From positions 160 through 64,159 of the forward strand of contig JAKIYQ010000002.1 in the NCBI GenBank assembly GCA_022708465.1: DNA of 64,000 nt, read 5' to 3'. Both the position numbers and the translations under genes were made by a program. The first letter of the stretch is position 1. Every line of letters begins with the position of its first letter. This DNA comes from Bacteroidota bacterium (GTDB lineage Bacteria; Bacteroidota; Bacteroidia; Bacteroidales; Paludibacteraceae). The notes below the pieces were generated by a model. The model saw only the letters and a list, made by a program, of their open reading frames with translations. It did not search any database and was not told the DNA's origin. Below are positions 29,439 through 38,544 of the stretch, one piece after another.

Positions 29439-29534
29439 AATATTATTATAGGCCGCAAACGATATAAATAACAAAGATGAGGTTTTTTTTGTTAAATATC
29501 AAAGTTTTTGTTGCTTTTGTATAAAAATTAGACT

Positions 29535-29542
29535 TACCTTTG
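29535..29542 (+). promoter_or_regulatory. -7 promoter box TACCTTTG (thiamine uptake operon)
   Basis: Matches TAnnTTTG immediately upstream of the riboswitch. Confidence 0.55.
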
Positions 29543-29548
29543 TTGTCG

Positions 29549-29650
29549 ATATAGGGGTGCCTTACTTTCAGGCTGAGATCATACCCATTGCACCGGATAC
29601 GGATAATGCCGAGACCGGGATGGAACGCAGAAACATCGTACCCCGAGTTC
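29549..29650 (+). promoter_or_regulatory. TPP (THI-box) riboswitch
   Basis: Conserved blocks in the right order: GGGGTGC (29554-60), CTGAGA (29573-78), ACCC (29583-86), ACC..GGATAATGCC (29592-29610) and CCGGGA (29615-20). Lies 5' of a transporter operon. Confidence 0.8.
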
Positions 29651-29672
29651 TGTAATTTTTATTCAATTTATT

Positions 29673-31901
29673 ATGCAAAAAAATGGAATGTTGTCTTTTA
29701 AGATAACAAGTGTAGCACTTTTTGTGTCGGGCATTATTTGTGCTCAAACTATTGTAATTGATTCGTCTAAGATTTATGAATTGGAGCAGGTAGAAGTTTT
29801 AGCAACCAGAGTGGACTATAAAACACCCGCTGTTTACACAAATTTAAAAGAGCACGAACTATTGCAAAATAGCTATGGTAAAGATGTCCCATATCTATTA
29901 CAAACAACACCTTCAATTGTTTCAATGTCTGATGCCGGTAATGGAGTGGGTTATACCGAAATACGTATGCGTGGTTATGATGGTACTCGCATCAACGTAA
30001 CTGCAAATGGAGTCCCTATGAATGATGCAGAGAGTCATAAAATGTATTGGGTTGATACTCCTGACTTTATTTCGGCGGTAGGCTCTATTCAGGTGCAAAG
30101 AGGAGCAGGAACATCTACAAACGGAACCGGAGCTTTTGGTGGAGGTATTAATATGACTACAGACAAATTACCTTCAGTTTTTGGCGGTGAAGCGTCATTG
30201 AGTTATGGTTCTTTTAATACAAATAAGCAATCGATAAGATTGTCATCAGGCTTACTTAATAAAAAATGGGCTGTTGACGGACGTCTTTCGCATGTATATT
30301 CCGATGGATACATGGAAAGAGCATCTGCAAGTTTACTTTCATATATGGTGCAAGCAGCATATTATACTGATAAAACTATGCTTAAATTGTTGTCTTATGG
30401 AGGTTCGGAGAAAACATATAATGCATGGGATGGCATCACTAAAGTTCAAATGGAGAAAAATCGCAGATACAATCCATGTGGAGAAATTACGGATAAAGAT
30501 GGTAATGTAACTGGATTTTACGATAATCAAAAAGATAATTATTTGCAGATAAATAATCAATTTTTAGTGAATCATAAATTCAATGCACGTTGGGATATGA
30601 GTGTTACTGCTCATTATACTTATGGTAACGGTTATTACGAGCAGTACAAGAATAATAGAAGTTTATACACTTATATGTTGGATAATTTAATCGATAAGGA
30701 TGATAATCCATTAAGTAAAAGTAATCTTGTACGTAAAAAAGGAATGTATAACCATTTTGGAGGATTTGTAAGTTCCGCAAATTATCAGATCAGTAAACTT
30801 AAATTATCATTCGGTTTAGCATGGAATACTTATACAGGCGACCATTACGGCGATGTGCTTAATGTTGTTGATGCTGTTAACTTTAATGCTCCATTCGAGT
30901 ATTATAGAAATTCATCAATAAAACACGACGGTAATATTTTTGTAAAAGCTAATTGGGAAATATTCAAAGGTTTTCATTTATATTCTGATGTTCAATATCG
31001 TTTTGTAAATCAAAGAATATGGGGCAAAGATGACTTGTATGATTACAACACATCAGATATGCAAGAAATTAATATTAATAAGATATTCAATTTTATAAAT
31101 CCTAAATTCGGTATAAACTATAATTTTTTGAAATACAATAGTGTATATGCATCATTCGCTATGGCAAATAGAGAGCCGACTCGTAAAGATTTTGTAAATG
31201 CAGAAAAAGGGAAGGACCCATTAGCAGAACAATTATATGATATTGAATTCGGCTATCGTTTAAATCATAAATATGTAGAACTTGGACTTAATTTCTATTA
31301 TATGATTTACAAAGATCAATTAGTTTTAACAGGCGAACAAAATCCGGATACTTATGAAGCCTTATATATGAATGTTCCAAACAGTTATCGTCGTGGTATA
31401 GAACTATCGATTATGGGGCATCCTCTAAAATGGTTTTCTTTAGGCGGGAACTTAACTTTGAGTCAAAATAGAGTGCTTGATTATACAGAATATGTATCAA
31501 ATTCGGACACATGGGAAATGGATGCCATATATATCGGAACATCAACTTTGTCGTATTCACCTAGTGTTATAGCATCAACAGATTTCAATTTCCATACACA
31601 TGGTTTCGAGGTTGATATTTTTACTCAATATGTTGGTAAACAGTATATTACCAATGGTCAAAATGAGAATCTTACAATAGATGATTATTGTGTTACAAAT
31701 TTAAATCTTGCATATACTCTTAAAACAAAAAAAATCGAAAGTGTGAGATTTGGTATTGCACTTAATAACATATTTAATTCGAAGTATTGTGCTAATGCTT
31801 TTGCGTATTCCGAAATATCTGGTGGAGAACGTTATGATGAGGGGTATTATTTGCCTCAGGCTCAATTTAATTTCTTGGCTAATGTTACAATAAAATTTTA
31901 A
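29673..31901 (+). CDS. TonB-dependent outer-membrane receptor (riboswitch context suggests thiamine or thiamine precursor)
   Basis: Signal peptide, plug domain (EIRMRGYDGTRINVTANGVPMND) and C-terminal beta-barrel ending in F. Confidence 0.85.
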   Translation: MQKNGMLSFKITSVALFVSGIICAQTIVIDSSKIYELEQVEVLATRVDYKTPAVYTNLKEHELLQNSYGKDVPYLLQTTPSIVSMSDAGNGVGYTEIRMRGYDGTRINVTANGVPMNDAESHKMYWVDTPDFISAVGSIQVQRGAGTSTNGTGAFGGGINMTTDKLPSVFGGEASLSYGSFNTNKQSIRLSSGLLNKKWAVDGRLSHVYSDGYMERASASLLSYMVQAAYYTDKTMLKLLSYGGSEKTYNAWDGITKVQMEKNRRYNPCGEITDKDGNVTGFYDNQKDNYLQINNQFLVNHKFNARWDMSVTAHYTYGNGYYEQYKNNRSLYTYMLDNLIDKDDNPLSKSNLVRKKGMYNHFGGFVSSANYQISKLKLSFGLAWNTYTGDHYGDVLNVVDAVNFNAPFEYYRNSSIKHDGNIFVKANWEIFKGFHLYSDVQYRFVNQRIWGKDDLYDYNTSDMQEININKIFNFINPKFGINYNFLKYNSVYASFAMANREPTRKDFVNAEKGKDPLAEQLYDIEFGYRLNHKYVELGLNFYYMIYKDQLVLTGEQNPDTYEALYMNVPNSYRRGIELSIMGHPLKWFSLGGNLTLSQNRVLDYTEYVSNSDTWEMDAIYIGTSTLSYSPSVIASTDFNFHTHGFEVDIFTQYVGKQYITNGQNENLTIDDYCVTNLNLAYTLKTKKIESVRFGIALNNIFNSKYCANAFAYSEISGGERYDEGYYLPQAQFNFLANVTIKF

Positions 31902-31905
31902 TAAA

Positions 31906-32481
31906 ATGGATTTAAAATTAATTCTTCAAATTATAGGGCTGATACTTGGTCTACTGTATTTATGGCTTGAGTATAAGGCCAATATTTGGCTTTGGCTGAT
32001 AGGAATAATTATGCCTATTGTACATGGAATCTTATATCTTACATCGGGACTATATGCAGATGCTGCCATGAATGTTTATTATGTAGTTGCAGGTTTGTAT
32101 GGTTGGTTTATGTGGAGTAGGAAGCCGAATGGGTCTGATGCTGCGGTTATTAAAATTGGTCATACGCCACTAAAAAAGATAGTTCCTTTAGTATTAGCTT
32201 ATGCAATTGCTCATGTTTTAATATATTATGTGTTGGTTAATTTTACTGATAGCACCGTGCCGTTCTGCGATAGTTTAACTACTGCTCTTAGTATAGTGGC
32301 TTTGTGGATGTTATCGCGTAAATATATTGAGCAATGGTTGGTATGGTTGGTTGTGGATGCTATTACAGTCGGATTATATTTATACAAAGAAATACCCATA
32401 ACTGCAGGTTTATATACACTCTACACTTGTATGGCTTTAGCGGGATATTTCAGATGGCGTAGAATGGTGAGCGAATGTTAA
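31906..32481 (+). CDS. PnuC-family (nicotinamide riboside/thiamine, PnuT-like) transporter
   Basis: 191 aa with about 6-7 TM segments and W-rich motifs (WLEYKANIWLWLIG, WLVVD) typical of PnuC. Confidence 0.8.
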   Translation: MDLKLILQIIGLILGLLYLWLEYKANIWLWLIGIIMPIVHGILYLTSGLYADAAMNVYYVVAGLYGWFMWSRKPNGSDAAVIKIGHTPLKKIVPLVLAYAIAHVLIYYVLVNFTDSTVPFCDSLTTALSIVALWMLSRKYIEQWLVWLVVDAITVGLYLYKEIPITAGLYTLYTCMALAGYFRWRRMVSEC

Positions 32482-32650
32482 GATTTGATTGTTTTAAAAA
32501 TAATAGTTGTTTTTTGTAAAACAAATATTAAGTTTATAAGCGCAATTATACTGAATCACAAATATCCGTTTCGTATTTTGCTGCTGTAATCTATATTGTA
32601 TATATTGTTATAGATAAAACTCCATTCAATACAAAAATTAAAATAAGAAA

Positions 32651-32912
32651 ATGAGAATCATTAAGATGTTATTAGCGTGTATAAATTGTGCTTTGTATGC
32701 GCAAACTTACGAAAGTTATATGCTGAACAACAACCGATTACAATACACAAAACAGAACAACTTCGATCTTATATCGTTTTTCAGGTTGTGAATACATCGA
32801 AGATATAGGTAAGTCCCAATTACCTATTAAAACTCTGTCTTTCGTAATTCCGAGAAACGCAACATCTGCAGGCGTAACAATACAAAAAATCTACGTATTA
32901 AAAGTGAAATAA
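32651..32912 (+). pseudogene. frameshifted N-terminal remnant of a secreted protein (possibly C25/gingipain-like propeptide region)
   Basis: ATG 32651 gives a signal-like MRIIKMLLACINCALYAQ... and stops at 32789-91. The +1 frame continues GCEYIEDIGKSQLPIKTLSFVIPRNATSAGVTIQKIYVLKVK and stops at 32910-12. Too short to be a complete protein. Confidence 0.4.
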
Positions 32913-32987
32913 CTTTTATTGCATTAAATAATTCCAACTTTTGACATATGTTTATTGGCATTCAACTATTTTGCCATTTCTTTTGCG

Positions 32988-33011
32988 TTTCGCACTTCTT
33001 ATTTGAATTTT
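32988..33011 (+). repeat. 24-nt exact repeat copy B (TTTCGCACTTCTTATTTGAATTTT)
   Basis: Reverse-complement identical to 9580..9603. Confidence 0.9.
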
Positions 33012-33094
33012 TAATATTAAAAAACAGAATAAAGTCATTTTTATTAAAAATTATTGTATTACCCTTATAGGATAATCAAAAGAAAATTATAATT

Positions 33095-33331
33095 ATGAAA
33101 AAAAGTTATGTTGTTTTACTACTAATGCTTATTGGCTTTACCATAGCAGAAGCGCAAATTAAAATCAAACAAAGTGGAAAAGTTATTGTTGGTAGTGAGT
33201 TGTCAGGGAATGATGCAAACAATGTTTTGAACATGCAAATTTTAGGCAACGGTTCAGGTAGAGGAGGTAGTAAATTGGCGTTTGGAGACTTTGGAAGATA
33301 TGAGGTATTAGGTTGGAATGTATTTATCTAA
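33095..33331 (+). CDS. hypothetical secreted protein, probably a truncated remnant
   Basis: Signal peptide (MKKSYVVLLLMLIGFTIAEAQ) followed by only about 57 aa ending abruptly (GDFGRYEVLGWNVFI). Looks like the start of a longer Bacteroidota surface or tail-fibre-like protein. Confidence 0.35.
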   Translation: MKKSYVVLLLMLIGFTIAEAQIKIKQSGKVIVGSELSGNDANNVLNMQILGNGSGRGGSKLAFGDFGRYEVLGWNVFI

Positions 33332-33390
33332 TTCTTTTACAAAGAGGAAAACAAATTTCAGTTTCCAAAATATTGAAATACTAATCAATT

Positions 33391-33918
33391 ATGAAAAAAC
33401 TTAAATTTTTAATTATAGCATGCACAATGTTATTGTGCGGATGCACAGTGAATTGTGATGATGTACCTGAAATAACAAAACAATACTTCCCTTATACGAA
33501 AAATCAAGTATTACAATATGTTAGTAACGAAAATGAGCAAATGGAATTAGTAGTGGATTCCATTAAGGAATTTCATGCAGGTTGTTTTAGTGTATCTGCA
33601 ATGTGTGCTTGTGAATCTTCTATACGGTGGTTTATCATCGATAATAATGGCGAATCTTTTTACATACCTGAATTGATTTATACTTATGGAAAAGGAGGTT
33701 TGGTTGCTTTTGTATTATCCCAGCAGATTGCAGGTGGTGAAGACTATCGTTCTTTATATTTTGATAAGCCTGATTTTAACACGGCGGATGATTTATTTGG
33801 AGATACCATTAAGTGCGCTACCTTAGGAAAGTATAAAGATTTTACAGTAGTATTTAACAAGGGTTTGGTGTCTTTTACCGATACAATCACGTATCAAACT
33901 TGGAATTTAGTGGAATAA
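33391..33918 (+). CDS. hypothetical lipoprotein
   Basis: Lipobox LLCGC after MKKLKFLIIACTM; no recognisable domain. Confidence 0.5.
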   Translation: MKKLKFLIIACTMLLCGCTVNCDDVPEITKQYFPYTKNQVLQYVSNENEQMELVVDSIKEFHAGCFSVSAMCACESSIRWFIIDNNGESFYIPELIYTYGKGGLVAFVLSQQIAGGEDYRSLYFDKPDFNTADDLFGDTIKCATLGKYKDFTVVFNKGLVSFTDTITYQTWNLVE

Positions 33919-33949
33919 GTATACTTAATCGCATAATTAAGTTTTTTAC

Positions 33950-33957
33950 TAACTTTG
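33950..33957 (+). promoter_or_regulatory. -7 promoter box TAACTTTG
   Basis: Matches TAnnTTTG, 23 nt upstream of ATG 33980. Confidence 0.5.
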
Positions 33958-33979
33958 TACATTCTTTTAACACGATTGT

Positions 33980-35572
33980 ATGAAGTATAAAATTTTTGCT
34001 TGCCTAGCGTCACTGTTGTTTTTCTTCAACTCTGTTGATGCTCAAACACCATCAATGCCGGAACGCCCTAGAATAGTTGTGGGAATCACAATAGATGGTT
34101 TACGTTCTGATTACCTTTCTTTATTTTGGAATAGCTTGTCGAAAGGTGGCTTTAAGCGTTTGGCAGAGCAAGGTGCTGTTTTTCCAAATGTAAGATATTC
34201 ATATCAATCGGCTGATGCTTCGGTTGATGTTGCAAGTTTTGCTACAGGTGCTGAACCATACATACATGGAATAGTAGGAGATTCAAAGTTTGACAGGAAA
34301 TTAAGCAGACAAGTAAAGTCGGCTTCTGATGCCTCGGTAATAGGCTTATCTGATACAAGAACTTTATCTGCAAAAAATTTACAATGTACAAGCTTAGCTG
34401 ATGAATTACAAGAAGCATCTATAAACGGCTCAAAAATTGTTTCGGTGGGTATAGATCCTACTAAAGCAATATTGCAATTAGGACATGTCGGAAATTGCTT
34501 TTGGATGAATAATATATCAGGGAATTGGGCCTCATCTAATTATTACATGACCAGCTTGCCCGAGTGGGTTCAGAATATCAATAACAAGAAAACCATAGAT
34601 ACATACCTGTCAAAAACATGGGAAACTATGTATCCTGCAGGTTATTATGTATCTGCATCAACAAATGGTGGAAGCGGCTTTAAGTATGAAGTACGTGCAG
34701 CTTGTAATGGCTTGCATTTGTATGATAATTTTGCTACAACACCATTCGCAAATGACTATTTATGTGATTTTGCTTTAGAAGCAATAGAGCAATTAAAAAT
34801 GGGCAAAGATATGATTCCCGACTTGATGTTGCTTCAATTTTCGGCTCAACCATTTTTCTTAAAGGCGGAATTTGGTTTAAGCATGGAATTAGAAGATGCT
34901 TATTTGCGTTTGGATAAGAATTTACAATGGCTGTTCGAAAATTTAGATAATAAATTCGGGAAGGATAATGTCTTGATTTATCTTACAACGACACGAACTG
35001 ATGATGCAATGAAAACTACTCGAATGAATCCTAATGTGCCGGGTAAATCGTTTAATGTTGATAGATATTTGGCTCTGTTAAATTCGTATTTAATGGCAAA
35101 CTACGGACAATTCAAATGGGTCTTATCTTGTGGCGGAGGAAATATATATCTTAATAGGGAACTGATAGAAGAAAAAGGATTGAATTTAAAAGATGTGCAA
35201 AATAAGGCTGTTGAGTTCTTTTATTTGATACCGGGTGTGGTTAATGTGGCAACTTCCTTTGATTTAGAACAAACATATTTTGCTTTAGGTTCATTACGAT
35301 ATGCATATTATCGCGAATCTTCAGGCGATTTGTTATATACACTCTCACCCGGCTGGTACGAGGTTGACATTAATAACAGACCTAATGGATATAAGTCAAA
35401 TAGCAGCCAAACAGTACCACTATATTTCTACGGATGGAGAATCGCGCCACAGCTGGTATCAGATCAAGTGGATGCAGCTGATGCAGTATTTACATTATCC
35501 AGATGGTTACGTATTCCGGCACCAAATGGTTCAAAAGGAGTTGTGTTACCTGTGAAGCTGAATGATAAGTAA
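33980..35572 (+). CDS. alkaline-phosphatase-superfamily protein (type I phosphodiesterase/nucleotide pyrophosphatase-like)
   Basis: Signal peptide, then VVGITIDGLRSDYL, a metal-ligand/nucleophile-region motif typical of the AlkP/NPP superfamily. Confidence 0.75.
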   Translation: MKYKIFACLASLLFFFNSVDAQTPSMPERPRIVVGITIDGLRSDYLSLFWNSLSKGGFKRLAEQGAVFPNVRYSYQSADASVDVASFATGAEPYIHGIVGDSKFDRKLSRQVKSASDASVIGLSDTRTLSAKNLQCTSLADELQEASINGSKIVSVGIDPTKAILQLGHVGNCFWMNNISGNWASSNYYMTSLPEWVQNINNKKTIDTYLSKTWETMYPAGYYVSASTNGGSGFKYEVRAACNGLHLYDNFATTPFANDYLCDFALEAIEQLKMGKDMIPDLMLLQFSAQPFFLKAEFGLSMELEDAYLRLDKNLQWLFENLDNKFGKDNVLIYLTTTRTDDAMKTTRMNPNVPGKSFNVDRYLALLNSYLMANYGQFKWVLSCGGGNIYLNRELIEEKGLNLKDVQNKAVEFFYLIPGVVNVATSFDLEQTYFALGSLRYAYYRESSGDLLYTLSPGWYEVDINNRPNGYKSNSSQTVPLYFYGWRIAPQLVSDQVDAADAVFTLSRWLRIPAPNGSKGVVLPVKLNDK

Positions 35573-35583
35573 AAATTAATTTA

Positions 35584-36192
35584 CTAGAGTATAACTTCGC
35601 CCTTACCTTTACGTTTAAGGTAAGGCTTGTCTCCTGTGCAGTCAATTATTGTTGAAGGCTCTAAAGAACCTCCACCGCCATCAATTACGCAATCGACTTG
35701 TCCTGCATAATTTTCTTCAATCAATTCCGGATTGGTACTATATTCAGGTTCGTCTTCATCAATAAAAATTGAAGTTGATAAAATGGGGTTTCCTAGGGCT
35801 TCTACTAATGCTAGCGCAATACCATTGTCAGGAATACGAACACCTACGGTTTTCTTCTTTTTAAATAGTTTAGGCAGATTGCTGTTACCATTTAGAAGGA
35901 ATGTAAAAGGTCCGGGTAAGCATTCTTTTAATAGTTTAAATGTATTGTTGTCTAATTGCGAATATTGGCTAATGTGGCTTATATTACTGCACACAAATGA
36001 CAGAGGCATTTTACCCGGATCAATATTTTTGATTTTACAAATCTTTTCTACCGCATGTGCATTCGTAATATCGCAACCAAATGCGTACAAAGAGTCTGTT
36101 GGATATATAATAATACCCCCATCTTTTAGAATACCCACGATTCTTTCAATTTCCTTAGAATTCGGATTTTCTTCGTATAAGCGTATTAACAT
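35584..36192 (-). CDS. YciO-family protein (TsaC/YrdC paralog)
   Basis: Collinear with E. coli YciO as recalled (YPTDS.YA.GC, PGP.TF.L, ...STS...EPSTIIDCTGDKP). Lacks the R of KxR (KNI) and the SxN Asn (STSIFID). Confidence 0.72.
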   Translation of the reverse strand: MLIRLYEENPNSKEIERIVGILKDGGIIIYPTDSLYAFGCDITNAHAVEKICKIKNIDPGKMPLSFVCSNISHISQYSQLDNNTFKLLKECLPGPFTFLLNGNSNLPKLFKKKKTVGVRIPDNGIALALVEALGNPILSTSIFIDEDEPEYSTNPELIEENYAGQVDCVIDGGGGSLEPSTIIDCTGDKPYLKRKGKGEVIL

Positions 36193-36200
36193 AGTTACAA

Positions 36201-37223
36201 TTAGTCTTGTGCAGGGGTGTAATGCGTTTCCGTATCAACAAGTATAATACTTGCAGTCTTTGTCGGATTCGTAGATATTACTTTTTCCTTTTTAATACAC
36301 GTAATAGTTAATTTACCTGCATTTAGGTAAATGTTACCATTTGAATACATACCTTTACCTGACATAGCAATAATATTGATATCTCCACCATTTATTGTGA
36401 TAGATGCATCAATAGCTTCAGTGTCAGTCGGTTCATCTCCATAATTGGTAAGTATACCATCATCAGCTGTTACAATATTGAGTATTCCGGAATCAATCTT
36501 TATATAACCTTCAGAGCATTGCAAGCCATCATTCTGATTGTTTACATTAATTTCTCCACCTTCTTGCCAATAATATTCTTTAACATGTAAACCATCTGAT
36601 GCTGCATTTGTAATAGTTATATTTCCGCTTCTAATACGAAGATATTCGTCAGTTGCAAGTGCATGTTTGTTTCTACCTCTTAGTTCAAGAGTACCATTAC
36701 CACTTACTATTACTTGACCCTCGCTAAAAAAAGCACCTTTCTTGTCTTCGCCTCCACTAGTAAGTTCTTCTTTGTCTGTCGGGTATCCGGCACCATCAGT
36801 AATTTTATTAGTTGTACCGTCTTCCAATACTAAAAAGCAGCGTTTTGACGATTGTATGTTGATAGCACAACTATCTGTTGAACTCATATCTAGACCATTA
36901 AGGCTAAGCTTGAATTTTTCTTCTCCATATATTTTTACAGAACCTTCAGTACAAGTACCTTTAAGTTCGTAACATACAGGATCTGTCATTGTTGAGCGTA
37001 TTGTAACGTGCTGACCATTATTAGTAATTTCAACTCCTTGACCACTTAAGGGATTCGTGATTTGAGGTTCGCCGTCTTCGCCGTAGTTGATACTAATAGT
37101 CTGAGAGAATTTATATCCCTCTACTAAATCTTTGTCGTCAAGTGAAGGGTCAGGTTCTACAACAGAACATGATGCAAATAGAATGCATAATGCTGAAGTA
37201 ATGATTAAAAATGTTTTTTTCAT
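36201..37223 (-). CDS. lipoprotein with beta-helix-type repeats (Cthe_2159-like carbohydrate-binding domain family)
   Basis: Lipobox LFASC. Repeated G.I.I..G.L.I / DGL motifs (SDGLHV, NDGLQC, DDGILT). Confidence 0.5.
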   Translation of the reverse strand: MKKTFLIITSALCILFASCSVVEPDPSLDDKDLVEGYKFSQTISINYGEDGEPQITNPLSGQGVEITNNGQHVTIRSTMTDPVCYELKGTCTEGSVKIYGEEKFKLSLNGLDMSSTDSCAINIQSSKRCFLVLEDGTTNKITDGAGYPTDKEELTSGGEDKKGAFFSEGQVIVSGNGTLELRGRNKHALATDEYLRIRSGNITITNAASDGLHVKEYYWQEGGEINVNNQNDGLQCSEGYIKIDSGILNIVTADDGILTNYGDEPTDTEAIDASITINGGDINIIAMSGKGMYSNGNIYLNAGKLTITCIKKEKVISTNPTKTASIILVDTETHYTPAQD

Positions 37224-37681
37224 GGTATTAGGTTTAAGCCGTTATTTTCAAAATATATAGGTTTTACCGCATCTTCTTTCATTACATAAATTTCATTTTC
37301 AAATCTGGAAAAATCAACTTTTAATCTGCGACTAAATAATAAAGCTTCGTAGTAGCTCGTAAAATCTCCTATTCTAACTTTCCAAAATGGAGCATTGTAA
37401 GTTACATACGACTTAATCTCAGGATAAAATTCAGTGAGTTCTTTTTCTAATTTTAAGGCCTCTTGTTTAGCCGTTTGCGGGTTATTACCTGAGTATAATT
37501 GTACTCTGTATCCCGAAACACTTATTGCGTTATTAGCCGGAAGTTGTGAAATGCCGGTATTTTGATGTACTAATTGATCTAAGCGGTTGTCCTGATTTAT
37601 TATTACCAAACCTTCGTCCGCTGCAAGCACATTTATTGTGAATGTAAGTATTAATGTAATTATAATTGAATTTTTTCGCAT
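37220..37681 (-). CDS. SPOR-domain protein
   Basis: Signal/anchor MRKNSIIITLILTF. C-terminal YRVQLYSGNN...FWKVRIGDF SPOR motif. TTG start at 37699 trimmed to ATG 37681. Confidence 0.8.
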   Translation of the reverse strand: MRKNSIIITLILTFTINVLAADEGLVIINQDNRLDQLVHQNTGISQLPANNAISVSGYRVQLYSGNNPQTAKQEALKLEKELTEFYPEIKSYVTYNAPFWKVRIGDFTSYYEALLFSRRLKVDFSRFENEIYVMKEDAVKPIYFENNGLNLIP

Positions 37682-37710
37682 ATCTATAATATCAACCAAT
37701 TTATTAACTG

Positions 37711-37718
37711 CAAAGATA
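37711..37718 (-). promoter_or_regulatory. -7 promoter box TATCTTTG (SPOR gene)
   Basis: Minus-strand match, 30 nt upstream of ATG 37681. Confidence 0.45.
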
Positions 37719-37796
37719 ATAAACTTGTTTATCTTTTTATGTTTACTATAACTAATTTTAATTCAGCTTATTGTGTTTTGACATATAGTATTTATT

Positions 37797-38534
37797 TTAA
37801 AGTACGAATTGTACTTCTTTAAATGCGTATCTTCTCAAATTTCCGGATTCGTCTTTAATAACAATATGCCCGGTAGTTTCAACATCAGTTATTACGCCGA
37901 TAAAGGTTCCATTTGCATCTTTGTATGTAGCCGCAATATCTCTTCTATATAGTTTTTTTAAATATTCCTCATGCAAAATATCAGGAGTATTTTCTGCTTG
38001 CCAAAATCTTGACATTAGATGTATCCGAATGCGTTTAGCTGCTGTTTTAGGATCAAAGAATCTTTTTGTTATGGTATTTAGAGATATGGGATTAGGTGCA
38101 TCACTCTTAAACTCGGATTGGTTTAGATTTAAGCCTATGCCTACAATGCAATCACTCAAATAATTGCCTGATAAATTATTTTCAATTAATATGCCGGCAA
38201 TCTTTTTGTCGTTCCAGTAAATGTCGTTAGGCCATTTTACGCTAATAAAAGAACTTCTTATATCTAAATAATCTGCGACAGCCAGTGCCACAGCTTCAGA
38301 TATAGGGAATTGAGCATTAGCTTGCATACGTTTAGGGAACAATATAATTGAACATAGTAGATTCTTTCCTCGTTCCGATTCCCAATGGTTGTTCATTTGT
38401 CCGCGGCCATTGCTCTGAAAATCAGCCATAACCATATCTCCGTGATTGAGATTTTTGTTCTGTTTCAATGATTGCAACATCCATTCATTGGTTGATTCTA
38501 TTTCGTCTAAGTGTGTAAGAAAATTAGTCGTCAT
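37797..38534 (-). CDS. birA: biotin--[acetyl-CoA-carboxylase] ligase (group I, no N-terminal HTH)
   Basis: QSNGRGQMNNHWES corresponds to the GRGRxGRxW biotin loop. About 245 aa. Start trimmed to MTTNFL to avoid overlap with comF. Confidence 0.88.
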   Translation of the reverse strand: MTTNFLTHLDEIESTNEWMLQSLKQNKNLNHGDMVMADFQSNGRGQMNNHWESERGKNLLCSIILFPKRMQANAQFPISEAVALAVADYLDIRSSFISVKWPNDIYWNDKKIAGILIENNLSGNYLSDCIVGIGLNLNQSEFKSDAPNPISLNTITKRFFDPKTAAKRIRIHLMSRFWQAENTPDILHEEYLKKLYRRDIAATYKDANGTFIGVITDVETTGHIVIKDESGNLRRYAFKEVQFVL

Positions 38535-38544
38535 GTTTGATTTA

